DNA of 64,000 nucleotides from Sumerlaeia bacterium (GCA_040219255.1 JAVJSW010000001.1:32001-96000), one strand, 5' to 3'. Positions 18,932 to 29,263 are shown, counted from the stretch's first letter. A program made the numbers and translations. Notes: generated by a model from the sequence alone, not told the origin.

Positions 18932-21579
18932 GTACGAAAACTCTGATCGCCTCCCTCTCCGACGACAAAGGACAACCGATGACCAACGCCCAGGAATCCC
19001 TCGAAATCAAGGAAGCGGCTTCGCCCCTGGCAGCCGCCCCAGCTCCGCCGAGCTGGTGGACGCCGTGGCGCATCGCCTTCTTCGTCCTCCTGGTGGCCAC
19101 CTGTTTCTTCACGCGGTTCTACGACCTGGGCACGCGGCCCATCATGCACGACGAGTCGCTCTTCGTTTACTACACGGAATTCCAGCTCCACCGCGAACTG
19201 AGCTACAAATACATGCCGATCCTCCACGGACCGGCCATGCTGCACATCCAGGCCCTGGTGTTCCACATATTCGGCGTCAGCGACTACACGATGCGCATCG
19301 GTGTGGCGGCGCTCGGGTTCTTCGGACTGTTTTGGATTTGGGCACTCAGGCGATGGCTCGGCAACGTGGGCATTTGGGTCGCGATGGCGTTCTATGTGTT
19401 CTCGCCGGCGCTGATGTTTTATCAGCGATTCTACCGGAACGACGCGCTCTTCGCGTTCACGACGCTGTGGATTTTCGCGTCGGCGGTGCGATGGTGGCAC
19501 AGCCGCGATGCGCGCTGGGCGGCCAGCTTCATCCTGGCCTGCACGATCCTGTTCTGTAACAAGGAAAGCAGCCTCTTCATCTACTTCACGGCTATCACGT
19601 TCTTTGTGATGCTGATCGTGCATGACTTGGCGGCGTGGTTGCTGCGCGATAAATCGACGAATCGGGTCGTGGAGAAGCCCCCCTTCATTCACCCCGCCAT
19701 CGGCGCCGGAATCGTGTTCGTGTTTGTGACACTGGTGCTGACGCGCGTGTTCGAAGGCATTGCCTACGAAGCCTCCGTGGTGCGGGCCATCGGAAAGGAT
19801 TTTGTCCTGAAGGACGTGCGCAGCATTCCCATGGCGCTGGGCTGGCAACCGGCTGTCGAAGACGTCGGCCGGGCCGGCGATCCGGGGACGTGGCGGATCT
19901 TCTACGTGGTGCTGGCGGCCGGGTCGCTGGCGCTGATGGTGGCGCTGAAGAAAGCCATCGACGGCGGCTGGGGCCGCAGCGCTTTCCTGAGCGATTACTG
20001 GGGTTCGGTCCGCAAGGCTCGCTGGTGGATTCTCGGCGCCCTGGGCCTTGGATTCTTCCTCTACATGGCGATTTTCACCACATACTTTCTCAACACCAAA
20101 GGCCCCTTCGAACTCTACAAGGACACGCTGGCGTACTGGATGGGTCAGAACGCCCAGCATCGCATCAAGGGCCCCTTCCACATGCACTTGGTCAATATGC
20201 TGATTTACGAACTGCCGATGATGACCACGGTGCTGGTGGCGGCGATCGTGGCGAGTTTGCGCATCGCCTGGAACCGCGTCACCCCGGTCAGTTTGTTCCT
20301 GGTGGCGGTGGCGTTTTTCGGGTTCCACGCGCTCTTTTTCCGCGGCTCCGAGCAGCCCATGATCTACTTCCTGGCGCTGACCATCGGATGCGTGGCGCTG
20401 GGCATCGCCCTGCTGCTGCGGCCGCATTGGGGCACAGTCTTGTATCCGCTGGGTTTCGCCCTGTTTCTGGTTTTCTCCGCGCAATACCTGGGCAGCACGG
20501 AAATGGACACTTACCTGACCGAGCCGCACGTGGTCGATGGCGTTCAGATCGATCCTTCGGGCCGGGTTCATCTGGACGAAACGCTGTCGCTGGAGCATCC
20601 CTTCCACCTGTTCCTCATCGCGTTCCTGGTGCTGGGCGGGACGGTGCTGACATGGCACAAGATCGACCGGGGCGAGCGCTTCCACGGGCTCGCCATCTGG
20701 TGGCTGATCACCAACATCGGCGCCGTGTCCTATGCGCGCGAGAAAGTGCCATGGGTGGGCATCCACCTGGCACTGCCGCTGGTGTTCCTGACGGGCCTCT
20801 GGGCCCAGAAATGGGCGGTGCGGCTGGCGGAGAAGAAAGGCACCTGGCGCGGCGTATCCGTCGGCCAGACGGTGGCCATGGCGCTGCTGGCGGTGGCGCT
20901 CCTGTGGCAGAGCAAAGCGGCCTTCCAGCTCTGTTTCCGCAACCATTGGGACATCCGCGAGCGACTGATCTTCAGCATGACCCCCGACGACCTGAAGCAC
21001 CACGCCGACATGGTGCAGCGCTACGCCGAAGTGGCCGGCATCCGCACCACGCCCCATCACTTCCAGGGAACCACCAATAACCCCACGGTGGCGGAATGGC
21101 TGGCCTTCTACAACGATCCGAAGCGCGAGAAGGACGTCCAGATCCTGGTCAAGGCGGAGGCCACGACCTGGCCCTTGATGTGGTATCTGCGCGACCTGGA
21201 CTACACCCAATGGGTCGATCCGAAAACCGCCGTTGAGCAGGACTACGAGTTTCTGTTCCTGGAGGCCGCGCAGGAAAACAACGTCCCCGGCCTAAAGGAC
21301 AAGTACCACGTCATCAAGGGGCGGGCACGTATGTTCTGGACCCCGAAGGTTCTGGAGTGGGACAAGCTGGTGGATGCGTGGAAGCTCCTGATTCCGGGCC
21401 ATTACCTAAACACATCGCCCCAGCGCGCCGAGGCCGACGCCGCCAAGCAAGAGTGGGACAAGCTGAAGAACTACGTCCTGCATCGCCACACGTTTGACCG
21501 CAATGACGCGTATTGGCCCACGGTTTCCAGCCAGGGCGATTACCTGTTCTGCATCCACAAGGACCTGCCGCCATTTTAA
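18928..21579 (+). CDS. TIGR03663 / Agl23-like GT-C membrane protein (PMT/ArnT-like)
   Basis: RFYDLGTRPIMHDES, YKYMPILHGP, RFYRND, KE, EKVPW and WPLMWYLR motifs. ATGA overlap with the upstream gene. Confidence 0.85.
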   Translation: MSTKTLIASLSDDKGQPMTNAQESLEIKEAASPLAAAPAPPSWWTPWRIAFFVLLVATCFFTRFYDLGTRPIMHDESLFVYYTEFQLHRELSYKYMPILHGPAMLHIQALVFHIFGVSDYTMRIGVAALGFFGLFWIWALRRWLGNVGIWVAMAFYVFSPALMFYQRFYRNDALFAFTTLWIFASAVRWWHSRDARWAASFILACTILFCNKESSLFIYFTAITFFVMLIVHDLAAWLLRDKSTNRVVEKPPFIHPAIGAGIVFVFVTLVLTRVFEGIAYEASVVRAIGKDFVLKDVRSIPMALGWQPAVEDVGRAGDPGTWRIFYVVLAAGSLALMVALKKAIDGGWGRSAFLSDYWGSVRKARWWILGALGLGFFLYMAIFTTYFLNTKGPFELYKDTLAYWMGQNAQHRIKGPFHMHLVNMLIYELPMMTTVLVAAIVASLRIAWNRVTPVSLFLVAVAFFGFHALFFRGSEQPMIYFLALTIGCVALGIALLLRPHWGTVLYPLGFALFLVFSAQYLGSTEMDTYLTEPHVVDGVQIDPSGRVHLDETLSLEHPFHLFLIAFLVLGGTVLTWHKIDRGERFHGLAIWWLITNIGAVSYAREKVPWVGIHLALPLVFLTGLWAQKWAVRLAEKKGTWRGVSVGQTVAMALLAVALLWQSKAAFQLCFRNHWDIRERLIFSMTPDDLKHHADMVQRYAEVAGIRTTPHHFQGTTNNPTVAEWLAFYNDPKREKDVQILVKAEATTWPLMWYLRDLDYTQWVDPKTAVEQDYEFLFLEAAQENNVPGLKDKYHVIKGRARMFWTPKVLEWDKLVDAWKLLIPGHYLNTSPQRAEADAAKQEWDKLKNYVLHRHTFDRNDAYWPTVSSQGDYLFCIHKDLPPF

Positions 21580-21773
21580 GGAGTCATGGCCGTCGTGGCC
21601 ATGATCAGCGGGCCTCGGCCCACGCCGCGACGCCTGCTGGCGGGAGCGCATGAAAAAGGCGGCGGCGCCCCAAGATGCCCTTTGTAATCCGCGGCAACCC
21701 GGTGCAGCCTCTGTCCGGTTTGCGCCGGGCAGTGAATCGGCGCGCCATTTTTCATTTTTTCCAGGACTCCTAC

Positions 21774-23129
21774 ATGCCCACTTTCGCCGAACTCCAACTC
21801 GATCCCGCCCTCCTCGCCGCCGTGGAGGGCATCGGTTGGCATACGCCCACGGAGATCCAGCAGCGGGCCATTCCGCCCCTGATCGAAGGCCGCGATTTCC
21901 TAGGCCGTTCTCAGACCGGCACAGGCAAGACGGGCGCCTTCGCGCTGGCGCTGCTGCAAAGCATCCTGGCCGAGGGCGAGGAGCGCGATCACCGCATCCG
22001 GGCGCTGGTGATGGCGCCGACGCGCGAACTGGCGGCCCAGGTCCACCTGAACCTGAGCACCCTGGCGGCCCGCACGGAACTCAGGGGCCTGCTGGTTCGC
22101 GGCGGCGAGGACACCATGGAGGCCGAGGAACACGCACTGCGCCAAGGCGCCGCCTGGATCGTCGCTACACCGGGGCGCCTGCGCGATCACCTCACGCGGG
22201 GCAACTACGTCGATACGTCGGCGGTCCGGATCCTGGTGGTCGACGAAGCGGACGAAATGCTGATCCTGGGCTTCCTGGAGGACTTACAGGCCATCGTGTC
22301 TTGCCTGACCTGTCCCGAACGCCAAACGATTCTCTTCGGCGCCACGCTGCCGCCGGACTTGCAGCAGTTGGCGCATACTCTCCTCACCCGGCCGGTGCGG
22401 ATGGACGTCGGCGAAGCGGGCGCTGCGGAAACCGTGACAGAGGAAGCGTGGCCCGTGGCCCATGAGCAGAAGCTCGAATTCCTGCTGGCGCTCTCGGAGG
22501 CGGAGCAGATCGACCGGGCCCTGGTCTTCGTGCGCACCAAGGTGCGGGCCGAGAAGCTGGTGGCCCGGCTTCTCCGCAAGGATATCGCCGCCGTCGCTCT
22601 GCACTCCGACCGCCCCATGCACGAACGACGCCGGGCGCTGGAGACCTTCCAAAACGGCGAGGCGCGCTTTCTGGTGGCGACGGATCTGGCGGCGCGGGGG
22701 CTGGACATCCCAGGCGTCGAATGGGTCGTGAACCTCGACGTGCCATTGGCGCCCGAGGACTATGTCCACCGCATCGGCCGCACGGGCCGCGCGGGGCGCA
22801 AGGGCCGCGCCGCGACCTTCATGTCCCTGGCCGAGCAGGTTCTGGTCGCCAAGATCGAGCACTACACCCGCAAGCGCTTGCCCGAACGACGCCTCGAAGG
22901 CTTTGCCTACGAGGTGGAAGACGCCGACGCGGTGCGGGAAATCCAAGCCCGCGAGCGCGCCCCCGCCGATTACAGCACCCGCAAGACCCACAAGGACCGC
23001 AAGAAATCGCCCTTTACCAAGGGCGGGGAGGCCCGGCGCGGCTTTGAAGTCTTCGATGCGGACAAGCACTACAAGAAGAAGGCCAAAAAGCGCTTCAAAA
23101 TGAAGAAGCGCCTGCCGCACGAACGCTGA
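21774..23129 (+). CDS. DEAD-box RNA helicase
   Basis: Q motif PTEIQ, QTGTGKT, PTRELA, TPGRL, DEAD, TDLAARGLD, HRIGRTGR and a basic tail. ATG at 21774 with AGGA RBS. Confidence 0.95.
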   Translation: MPTFAELQLDPALLAAVEGIGWHTPTEIQQRAIPPLIEGRDFLGRSQTGTGKTGAFALALLQSILAEGEERDHRIRALVMAPTRELAAQVHLNLSTLAARTELRGLLVRGGEDTMEAEEHALRQGAAWIVATPGRLRDHLTRGNYVDTSAVRILVVDEADEMLILGFLEDLQAIVSCLTCPERQTILFGATLPPDLQQLAHTLLTRPVRMDVGEAGAAETVTEEAWPVAHEQKLEFLLALSEAEQIDRALVFVRTKVRAEKLVARLLRKDIAAVALHSDRPMHERRRALETFQNGEARFLVATDLAARGLDIPGVEWVVNLDVPLAPEDYVHRIGRTGRAGRKGRAATFMSLAEQVLVAKIEHYTRKRLPERRLEGFAYEVEDADAVREIQARERAPADYSTRKTHKDRKKSPFTKGGEARRGFEVFDADKHYKKKAKKRFKMKKRLPHER

Positions 23130-23141
23130 GGCGGAACCGGG

Positions 23142-24914
23142 TCAGACCGCCATCTTGCGCTGCGAATCGCCACTGGGATGCAGTTCACGATCGATTTCAC
23201 CGTTCGGAATGGCGGAGGCGGCTTCCGGGTTGAGAGGAAACCACAGAGTCACCCGCGCTCCGCAGGGGTCGCGTTTTTCGAACTGGGCGCGGCCATTGTG
23301 GACTTCGACGTGGCTTTTCACGATCGACAGCCCCAAGCCCGTGCCACCGGGTTTTTCCGTGTAAAACGGCGTGAAGAGCCGCGCGAGGGCTTCGTCGCTG
23401 AATCCGGGGCCCGAGTCCTCCACGATGATGGCGACCCCCCGCACGCCGTTTTCGTCTTCCTGCACCTCCGTGGTCAGGACGATTTCACCCCCCAGGCCCG
23501 CCAGTTGAACGGCCTCGATGGCGTTGCGGCACACGTTGGAGATGGCTTCTTCGACGCGTTCGCGGCAAATCAGAACGTCTGGCAGGTGCGGCGCCAGGTA
23601 GGTCCGCACGACAGGCGCCCCGGTATCCGAATCGGCGCCCTCGGACTCGAACCGCAGCAGCGTCGCGGCCCGCTCGACCATGGCATTGATGTCCTCCGGC
23701 TCGAAGGTCACGGCGGGTTTCTTCGCCATGTTCAGGAGCTGCCGCACCTTGCGGTCGATGGCTTCCACCTCTTCCGAAATGATCTCCAGGTGGCGCAGGA
23801 ATCGGGTTCGATGGGGGAAATCCTCATCCGACATGTCGTCCAGCTTGTCGCGCATCATTTCCGTGTACCCCTTGATGGGGCCGAGCGGATTCTTGATTTC
23901 GTGAGCGATGCGGGCGGCGGTTTCGCCCACCACGGAGAGGCGCTCGGCGCGGCGCAGGCGCTCGCGCGTGTCGCGGAGCTGGAGCTGCGAGTCGCGGAAC
24001 AGTTCGCGGTACTCCGCCACCCGCCGGAACATCACCCGGTCGAACATCGAACGCACCCGCGGCATGCTGGCCGCGATCACGAACAAGACGATGGTGACGA
24101 AGATGGTTGCCTGCACCGTGCGGGCCAGCAGCACCTTGCCCGCGACGCCCTCGTAGGCGGTGTAGAGCAACACGCTGACCGCGAAGCCCACGAGGACCGC
24201 GGCGGTGTAGTAAATCCAGCGCGAGAGCGCCATGGGGCGCTCGATCTCCTCCTGGCGAATGACCGCCAGGATGCTGAACTGGGCGATGAAAACGGCCAGC
24301 AGGCTTGGGCTCGGGGCCAGGGTTTCACCGCTGGTCTTCGTCGTGACGGCGAAAACCGAGGCGAAGGCGATGGGGCCGATGATGACGATCGAGAGATGCT
24401 TGCAAAGCGTCCGCACCGGGCTGGGGCCGATGGTTTCGTAGCGCACCGCCAGAACCACCATGCACCCCAGCACCATCACGATGCCGTAGAAAGTGGGCCA
24501 GACGCCCCCGGCCTCGAAGAAGGCGCGCCACTGCTCGCCGGTGTAGAAATTGCTCGTCAGTTTTTCCTGAGCCAGGACCCGGTAGTCCAGCAGCGGCGTC
24601 AGCAGCACCGGCGGCAAGAACAACGCCGCCAGCACCCAAGGCTGGGTCCAGCCGGGGCGGAAAGGCTTGGGCCGAGTGCCGACGAAGTACAACAGGTTGG
24701 CGGGTACGAGAAGGAGCGCGAAGCACGCCAGGGCCAGGACACGGGACTCGTGCATCCACTCCCAGGCCTGAACCCCGGCGGACCACAGAATCAGCGAAAT
24801 CGCATTCACCACCAGGAAGAATCCCGACCGCGTCCGGTCCCGTTCCCGCACCACATAGGCGATGATGATCAGGTTGAGGAGGATGATGGCGGTGATGGGA
24901 ATCCAGTGTAACAT
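23142..24914 (-). CDS. Membrane sensor histidine kinase with a multi-TM N-terminus
   Basis: AHEIKNPL H-box, NAIEA, DSGPG, FTPFYT and GTGLGL motifs; about 8 TM segments. Confidence 0.93.
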   Translation of the reverse strand: MLHWIPITAIILLNLIIIAYVVRERDRTRSGFFLVVNAISLILWSAGVQAWEWMHESRVLALACFALLLVPANLLYFVGTRPKPFRPGWTQPWVLAALFLPPVLLTPLLDYRVLAQEKLTSNFYTGEQWRAFFEAGGVWPTFYGIVMVLGCMVVLAVRYETIGPSPVRTLCKHLSIVIIGPIAFASVFAVTTKTSGETLAPSPSLLAVFIAQFSILAVIRQEEIERPMALSRWIYYTAAVLVGFAVSVLLYTAYEGVAGKVLLARTVQATIFVTIVLFVIAASMPRVRSMFDRVMFRRVAEYRELFRDSQLQLRDTRERLRRAERLSVVGETAARIAHEIKNPLGPIKGYTEMMRDKLDDMSDEDFPHRTRFLRHLEIISEEVEAIDRKVRQLLNMAKKPAVTFEPEDINAMVERAATLLRFESEGADSDTGAPVVRTYLAPHLPDVLICRERVEEAISNVCRNAIEAVQLAGLGGEIVLTTEVQEDENGVRGVAIIVEDSGPGFSDEALARLFTPFYTEKPGGTGLGLSIVKSHVEVHNGRAQFEKRDPCGARVTLWFPLNPEAASAIPNGEIDRELHPSGDSQRKMAV

Positions 24915-25043
24915 GAAAACTTGACAGTCTCCCGGCCTGCACCGACGAGTGAAGCAATCGGGTGGCGCCTTAGCGAGACGAAAGTGCTCTGGAATGTGCC
25001 GTGAGAGCCCAATGAGACTTCGAAGCGGGAAGGAATTTCCCCA

Positions 25044-26060
25044 TTGCCGCCTTCAGCCCATTCCCCCCACGCTTTCAATTTGTTGGCTTCTATCGAAGAG
25101 GCTGACGTATTTGAGGTGACGCAGAGGTTTTCCGTGCCCGAACCGAACCCGGACGATACCGGGCCGTTCCAGCAAAACCTGATCGACGAAGATCTGGAGG
25201 CGCTCGATGAGGGCGCCCTGCGATCCCGGTTGCGCGAAGTGCAGCGTCAGCTCGAGGCCGCCCACAGCCAGGAAAGCGAACTGCAACGGCGCCTGAAAGA
25301 CGTCCTGAGCGCCAGCCAGCGCCAGCTCGGCGAGATCGCCCGCGTCCACTCCCGCTTTCTCCCCAACCGCTTTCCCATTCTCGGAGGCCTCGGCTTCGCC
25401 GCCAATTGCCGCCCCTGCGCCGATGTGGGCGGCGATTTCTACGATGTCTTCGAATTGCGCGATGGCCGCGTCGCTTTCTGCATGGCCGACGTCTCTGGCC
25501 ACGGCGCCATGGCCGCCATCAGCATGGCCACCACCCGCGCCCTGCTGCGAACCGCTCTGATCGAAGCGGAACCGGTCGATCAGCCCTCCGACGTCCTCGC
25601 CCGCCTGTCCTATTGGTTTGGCCCGCAGCTCGACGATGAGCAGTTCGTCACCATGTGGCTGGGCATTTATGACCCGCCGACGTGCCTGCTCTCCTACGCC
25701 AGCGCCGCTCATCCCTCAGCCATTCTCTGGCGCAAAGAAAAAGACGACCCGGAATACATCCCCGTCGAGCCCACCGTGCCCTTGGGCATCAGCGGCATCG
25801 TGCCGCCCCCAGCCGAAGACGGCATGCTCAAGCTCAAGCCCGGCGACCGCGTCCTGCTCTACACCGACGGATGGACCGAAACGCCGTCGCGCACAGGCGA
25901 GGTCCTGGACGGCGAACGCTTCCTGGAGTTCTTCGCCAACACCCAAGGCCAGATGCTGGCTCACGTGCCGCTCATGATGTTCATGGATTTCGAGCGCCAC
26001 GCCGTCGGCACCCGCATCCGCGACGATTTGAGTCTGCTGGTGATGGATCGGGTCCAGTGA
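25044..26060 (+). CDS. SpoIIE/RsbU-type PP2C phosphatase with N-terminal coiled coil
   Basis: VGGDFYD, ADVSGHG, LYTDG and DDL motifs. Start uncertain (GTG at 25116 is plausible). Confidence 0.9.
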   Translation: MPPSAHSPHAFNLLASIEEADVFEVTQRFSVPEPNPDDTGPFQQNLIDEDLEALDEGALRSRLREVQRQLEAAHSQESELQRRLKDVLSASQRQLGEIARVHSRFLPNRFPILGGLGFAANCRPCADVGGDFYDVFELRDGRVAFCMADVSGHGAMAAISMATTRALLRTALIEAEPVDQPSDVLARLSYWFGPQLDDEQFVTMWLGIYDPPTCLLSYASAAHPSAILWRKEKDDPEYIPVEPTVPLGISGIVPPPAEDGMLKLKPGDRVLLYTDGWTETPSRTGEVLDGERFLEFFANTQGQMLAHVPLMMFMDFERHAVGTRIRDDLSLLVMDRVQ

Positions 26061-26079
26061 CGCGAGGCAAGCCGCCCTC

Positions 26080-27051
26080 GTGAAGCCCTGGTTCGCGCGC
26101 AATTGGTTCAACGTGGGCCTGATCGCCGTGGTGATCCTCGGGTTTCTGCTGCCCCGCGAAATCGGCCAGTTCCTCTATCGCTGGTCCGCCTGGATCGCGG
26201 GGGGGGCGATTTTCGTCACCGGGCTCAAATTCGACGTGCGGACGCTCGACTTCCGGCGCTCCTTCGCCGTTGGCGTTGCCCTCTCCACTGTCATCAGCCT
26301 TCTTCTCGCCCCCGTGCTGTTCCGATACAGCGTTGGCTGGTTCTTCGACGGCGGCATGTTTCTCGGCCTCATTATCCTCAGCGCCCTGCCCACCACCATC
26401 GTCAGCAACATTGCCCTGTGCGACGCCGCGCGGGGAAACACGGCGATGTCGAGCGTCTCCACGGTGGTCATCAACACCGGCGGTCTGGTCACCATCCCTA
26501 TCGTGCTGGCCCTGTTCGCGGGCGAGAACGCGGGCGCCCAAAGCGTTTCCGCCGCCGATCTGCTCCAAACGCTCTTCTGGGTCGTAGTCCTGCCCAACGT
26601 CGCGTCGCAATTCATGCACCTCCTGGTTCCCGCCAAGGCCACGCAGACCCTCGTCAAGGCCACCGCCTTCGTTCCCCGGGGCGTCGTGCTGCTGTTCATT
26701 TTCCTCGGGGTAATCCTGAACGCGGACCGGCTGCGGGACGCCGCCCAGGACAAACCCCTCTTCTTCGCCGAACTGGTGCTCATCGTGGTCCTTCTGCACG
26801 CGGCGCTGCTGGCGATTTCCTGGGTCAGCGCCCGCCTGCTCCGGCTCGGCTGGGAAGACCGCGTCAGCGTCCTCTTCGCCTCCAGCCAGAAAACCCTCAC
26901 CATCGGCATCGCGCTGGTCTCCCAGCTCTTTCCCGACGTCACAGAGGCAATCCTGCCGCTCATCCTCTATCAGGTCACCTCGCTCTTCGCCGACGGAATC
27001 CTGGCCAACGGGCTGGCGAAGCGACACCCATCGCGCCGCGCCGAGCGTTGA
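26080..27051 (+). CDS. Bile acid:sodium symporter-family (SBF-like) transporter
   Basis: About 9 TMs; LPTTIVS...ARGN and SQKTL..GI motifs. Confidence 0.88.
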   Translation: MKPWFARNWFNVGLIAVVILGFLLPREIGQFLYRWSAWIAGGAIFVTGLKFDVRTLDFRRSFAVGVALSTVISLLLAPVLFRYSVGWFFDGGMFLGLIILSALPTTIVSNIALCDAARGNTAMSSVSTVVINTGGLVTIPIVLALFAGENAGAQSVSAADLLQTLFWVVVLPNVASQFMHLLVPAKATQTLVKATAFVPRGVVLLFIFLGVILNADRLRDAAQDKPLFFAELVLIVVLLHAALLAISWVSARLLRLGWEDRVSVLFASSQKTLTIGIALVSQLFPDVTEAILPLILYQVTSLFADGILANGLAKRHPSRRAER

Positions 27052-27069
27052 CCACGCAGCCACAAGCCG

Positions 27070-29241
27070 GTGCCAGTTGACGAACGCGACCGGGAGACCG
27101 TTACTACAGTCCTGAATGGCGTTCGGAGGCCTCCCGCAATTTTCCCTCGTTCTCTGTCTCTTCTTCACTTACGGAAATTCTGCCTCCTGACTGCGACCGC
27201 TCTCCTGCCGGCTGCGGCGGCGTGGCCGGGCGAGGGTCTCACGGCCCAGGCGCAATGGACCGGCGCGACCAGCGGCCTGCAGCTCGGCATGGCCTTGGCC
27301 GGCGTCGGCGATTTCAACGGCGACGGCCTGATGGATTTCGCCGCCGGGGCGCCCGGCTTCGACGCCGATACGGGGGCTGCGGGTCTGATCCTCGGCGGCA
27401 CCAGTTCTCTTCCGAACCCCATCGGGCCGGATACGCTGACCGGCGCCAACGGCTTTTGGGCCCGCGCCAGCGACCCCCGCGAGCGGGCCGGAACCGACGT
27501 GGCCGCCGCCGGTGACGTCAACGGCGACGGCTTCGCCGATTTGCTCATCGGATCGGCCTACGCCCGGGGCTTCCGGGGCGCCGCTTACCTGATCTTCGGC
27601 AGCGCCGCCGCCTTTCCCCGCGCCTTCGAACTCGACCTCATCGGCGCACGCCAGGGCACCGCCGAAATCACCCTCGGCACAGTCATGCCGGGCGATACGC
27701 TGAGCGACCGCATGGGCACCGCCGTGGCGGGAATCGGCGACTTCAACGGCGATGGCTACGGCGATTTCGCCATCACGGCGGCACTGGCACAGGTGGGGGA
27801 CGAGATTTTCGCCGGCCGGACCTTCGTGCTCTTCGGCCGCGAGAACTTCACCGGTCAACTCTCGCCCTTCGACTTGCTCCCCGCCCGTGGCGGCGACGGG
27901 TCCGAAGGCTTCGTCCTCAATGGCGCCTTGTCTTACGATCAAGCCGGGCAAGCCATCGCCGGTCTTGGCGATATCAACGGCGATGGCTTCGCTGATTTCG
28001 CCGTGGGGGCCCCCTATACCGACGCCACCGATCTGGGCACGGAAGGCAAGGTGTTCGTCCTATTCGGCCGGCCAAGCGTCCTGATGCCCGAGTCCACCCT
28101 CGGCGCCCTCTCCCCCGCCGAAGGCTTTGTCGTCGCCAGTTCCATCCCCGAAGACCGCATCGGGTTCGCCGTCGCCGCTGCTGGCGACGTCAACGGCGAT
28201 GGGCTCGAAGATTTCCTGATCGGCGCCCCGCGCGCCGACGGACGAGACGGCGCCCTGGTGGCCGCCGGAAAGGTCTACATCGTCTTTGGCCGCAGCGTCT
28301 TTCCCTCGCGCATCGATGCCGCAGCGAGCCTGCTCAGCATGGAGGGCGCCAGTGATCAGGACTTCTTTGCCCAGGCCGTGACCGGAGTGGGCGATTGGAC
28401 CGGCGATGGTTTCGCGGATATTCTGATCGGCGCGCCCCGCGTGGACTCGCCAGATCGCCTGCTGCTGGAATTGGGGCAGACCGCCCTCATCCCTGGCGCC
28501 GCTTCGACCGGTGCTATTGGGCCAATCGCGTCCACCCTGACCGGTACCGCCGAGCGCAGTCTCCTGGGACAGAGCCTCGCCCTGATCGGCGATCACGATG
28601 GCGACGGCCGCTTCGCTTTCCTGGCCGGAGCCCCCACCTCCCCAGGCCAGAACGCTTTGCCCCAGGCGGGCGCCGTTATCGTCGTTAGCGAACCCGCAGG
28701 CCTCGCGGCCGACGGCCAACGCGTGCTCTCGCCCGCAAACGCCGCGTTCCTGCCGGTGGGTTTTGCTGGCGGGGCCAGCGCCATCGCACCCCGCACCGCT
28801 CTCCACGCCCGCGCCATCGGAGGAACGACGCCGGTAACCCTCAACGCCCGCCGCGAAGCCCAAGCCCCACGGAACCTGCCCGATGCGACGCCGGTGCGGT
28901 GGCGCCTGGAAGCAAGCGATCCGGCGCGGCGTCTGGAAATCCGCGTGGCGTTGACCGCCGCCGAAGTCGCCGGACTCCTGGAGTCGCGGCTGGCCCTCTT
29001 CTCGGCACCCGCCGAGGACGGGCCCTGGACGCCAGTCGCCGGAGCGGTTCGCGTCGGCGGCCGCCTGCAATGGCAGGGAACCGTGACCGCGACCCCCGTC
29101 TGGCTCGCTATCGCAGAGCGCCAAAGCGCCGTCGTGCGACAGGAAATCGTCCGCTTTCTCCTCGGCATTCAGGCCTACCGCGACGCCCTCGACGTAAACC
29201 GAGATGGCGTCGTGGACAGCGCCGACATGACCGGTTTGTAG
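27070..29241 (+). CDS. Secreted integrin-alpha/FG-GAP beta-propeller protein with C-terminal dockerin-like Ca-binding tail
   Basis: Seven GDxxGDG...GAP-type repeats; signal-like RKFCLLTATALLPAAAA; tail LDVNRDGVVDSAD. Start uncertain. Confidence 0.85.
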   Translation: MPVDERDRETVTTVLNGVRRPPAIFPRSLSLLHLRKFCLLTATALLPAAAAWPGEGLTAQAQWTGATSGLQLGMALAGVGDFNGDGLMDFAAGAPGFDADTGAAGLILGGTSSLPNPIGPDTLTGANGFWARASDPRERAGTDVAAAGDVNGDGFADLLIGSAYARGFRGAAYLIFGSAAAFPRAFELDLIGARQGTAEITLGTVMPGDTLSDRMGTAVAGIGDFNGDGYGDFAITAALAQVGDEIFAGRTFVLFGRENFTGQLSPFDLLPARGGDGSEGFVLNGALSYDQAGQAIAGLGDINGDGFADFAVGAPYTDATDLGTEGKVFVLFGRPSVLMPESTLGALSPAEGFVVASSIPEDRIGFAVAAAGDVNGDGLEDFLIGAPRADGRDGALVAAGKVYIVFGRSVFPSRIDAAASLLSMEGASDQDFFAQAVTGVGDWTGDGFADILIGAPRVDSPDRLLLELGQTALIPGAASTGAIGPIASTLTGTAERSLLGQSLALIGDHDGDGRFAFLAGAPTSPGQNALPQAGAVIVVSEPAGLAADGQRVLSPANAAFLPVGFAGGASAIAPRTALHARAIGGTTPVTLNARREAQAPRNLPDATPVRWRLEASDPARRLEIRVALTAAEVAGLLESRLALFSAPAEDGPWTPVAGAVRVGGRLQWQGTVTATPVWLAIAERQSAVVRQEIVRFLLGIQAYRDALDVNRDGVVDSADMTGL

Positions 29242-29246
29242 CCGAT

Positions 29247-29263
29247 CTGGCACGGGTTGTGCA
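29247..29263 (+). promoter_or_regulatory. Sigma-54 (-24/-12) promoter upstream of dps
   Basis: CTGGCACGGGTTGTGCA matches YTGGCACGrNNNTTGCW at all defined positions but one, with GG-N10-GC spacing. Confidence 0.7.

Noticed and set aside
21652-21692. Resemblance to SAM-III (SMK) riboswitch core (AAAGG...AGATGCCCTTTGTAATCCG)
   Set aside because: The P1 anti-SD/SD pairing is missing and the downstream gene is not metK; probably coincidental.
21774-23129. Helicase motif III GAT instead of SAT
   Set aside because: Single substitution with the other motifs recognisable; not enough to claim novelty.
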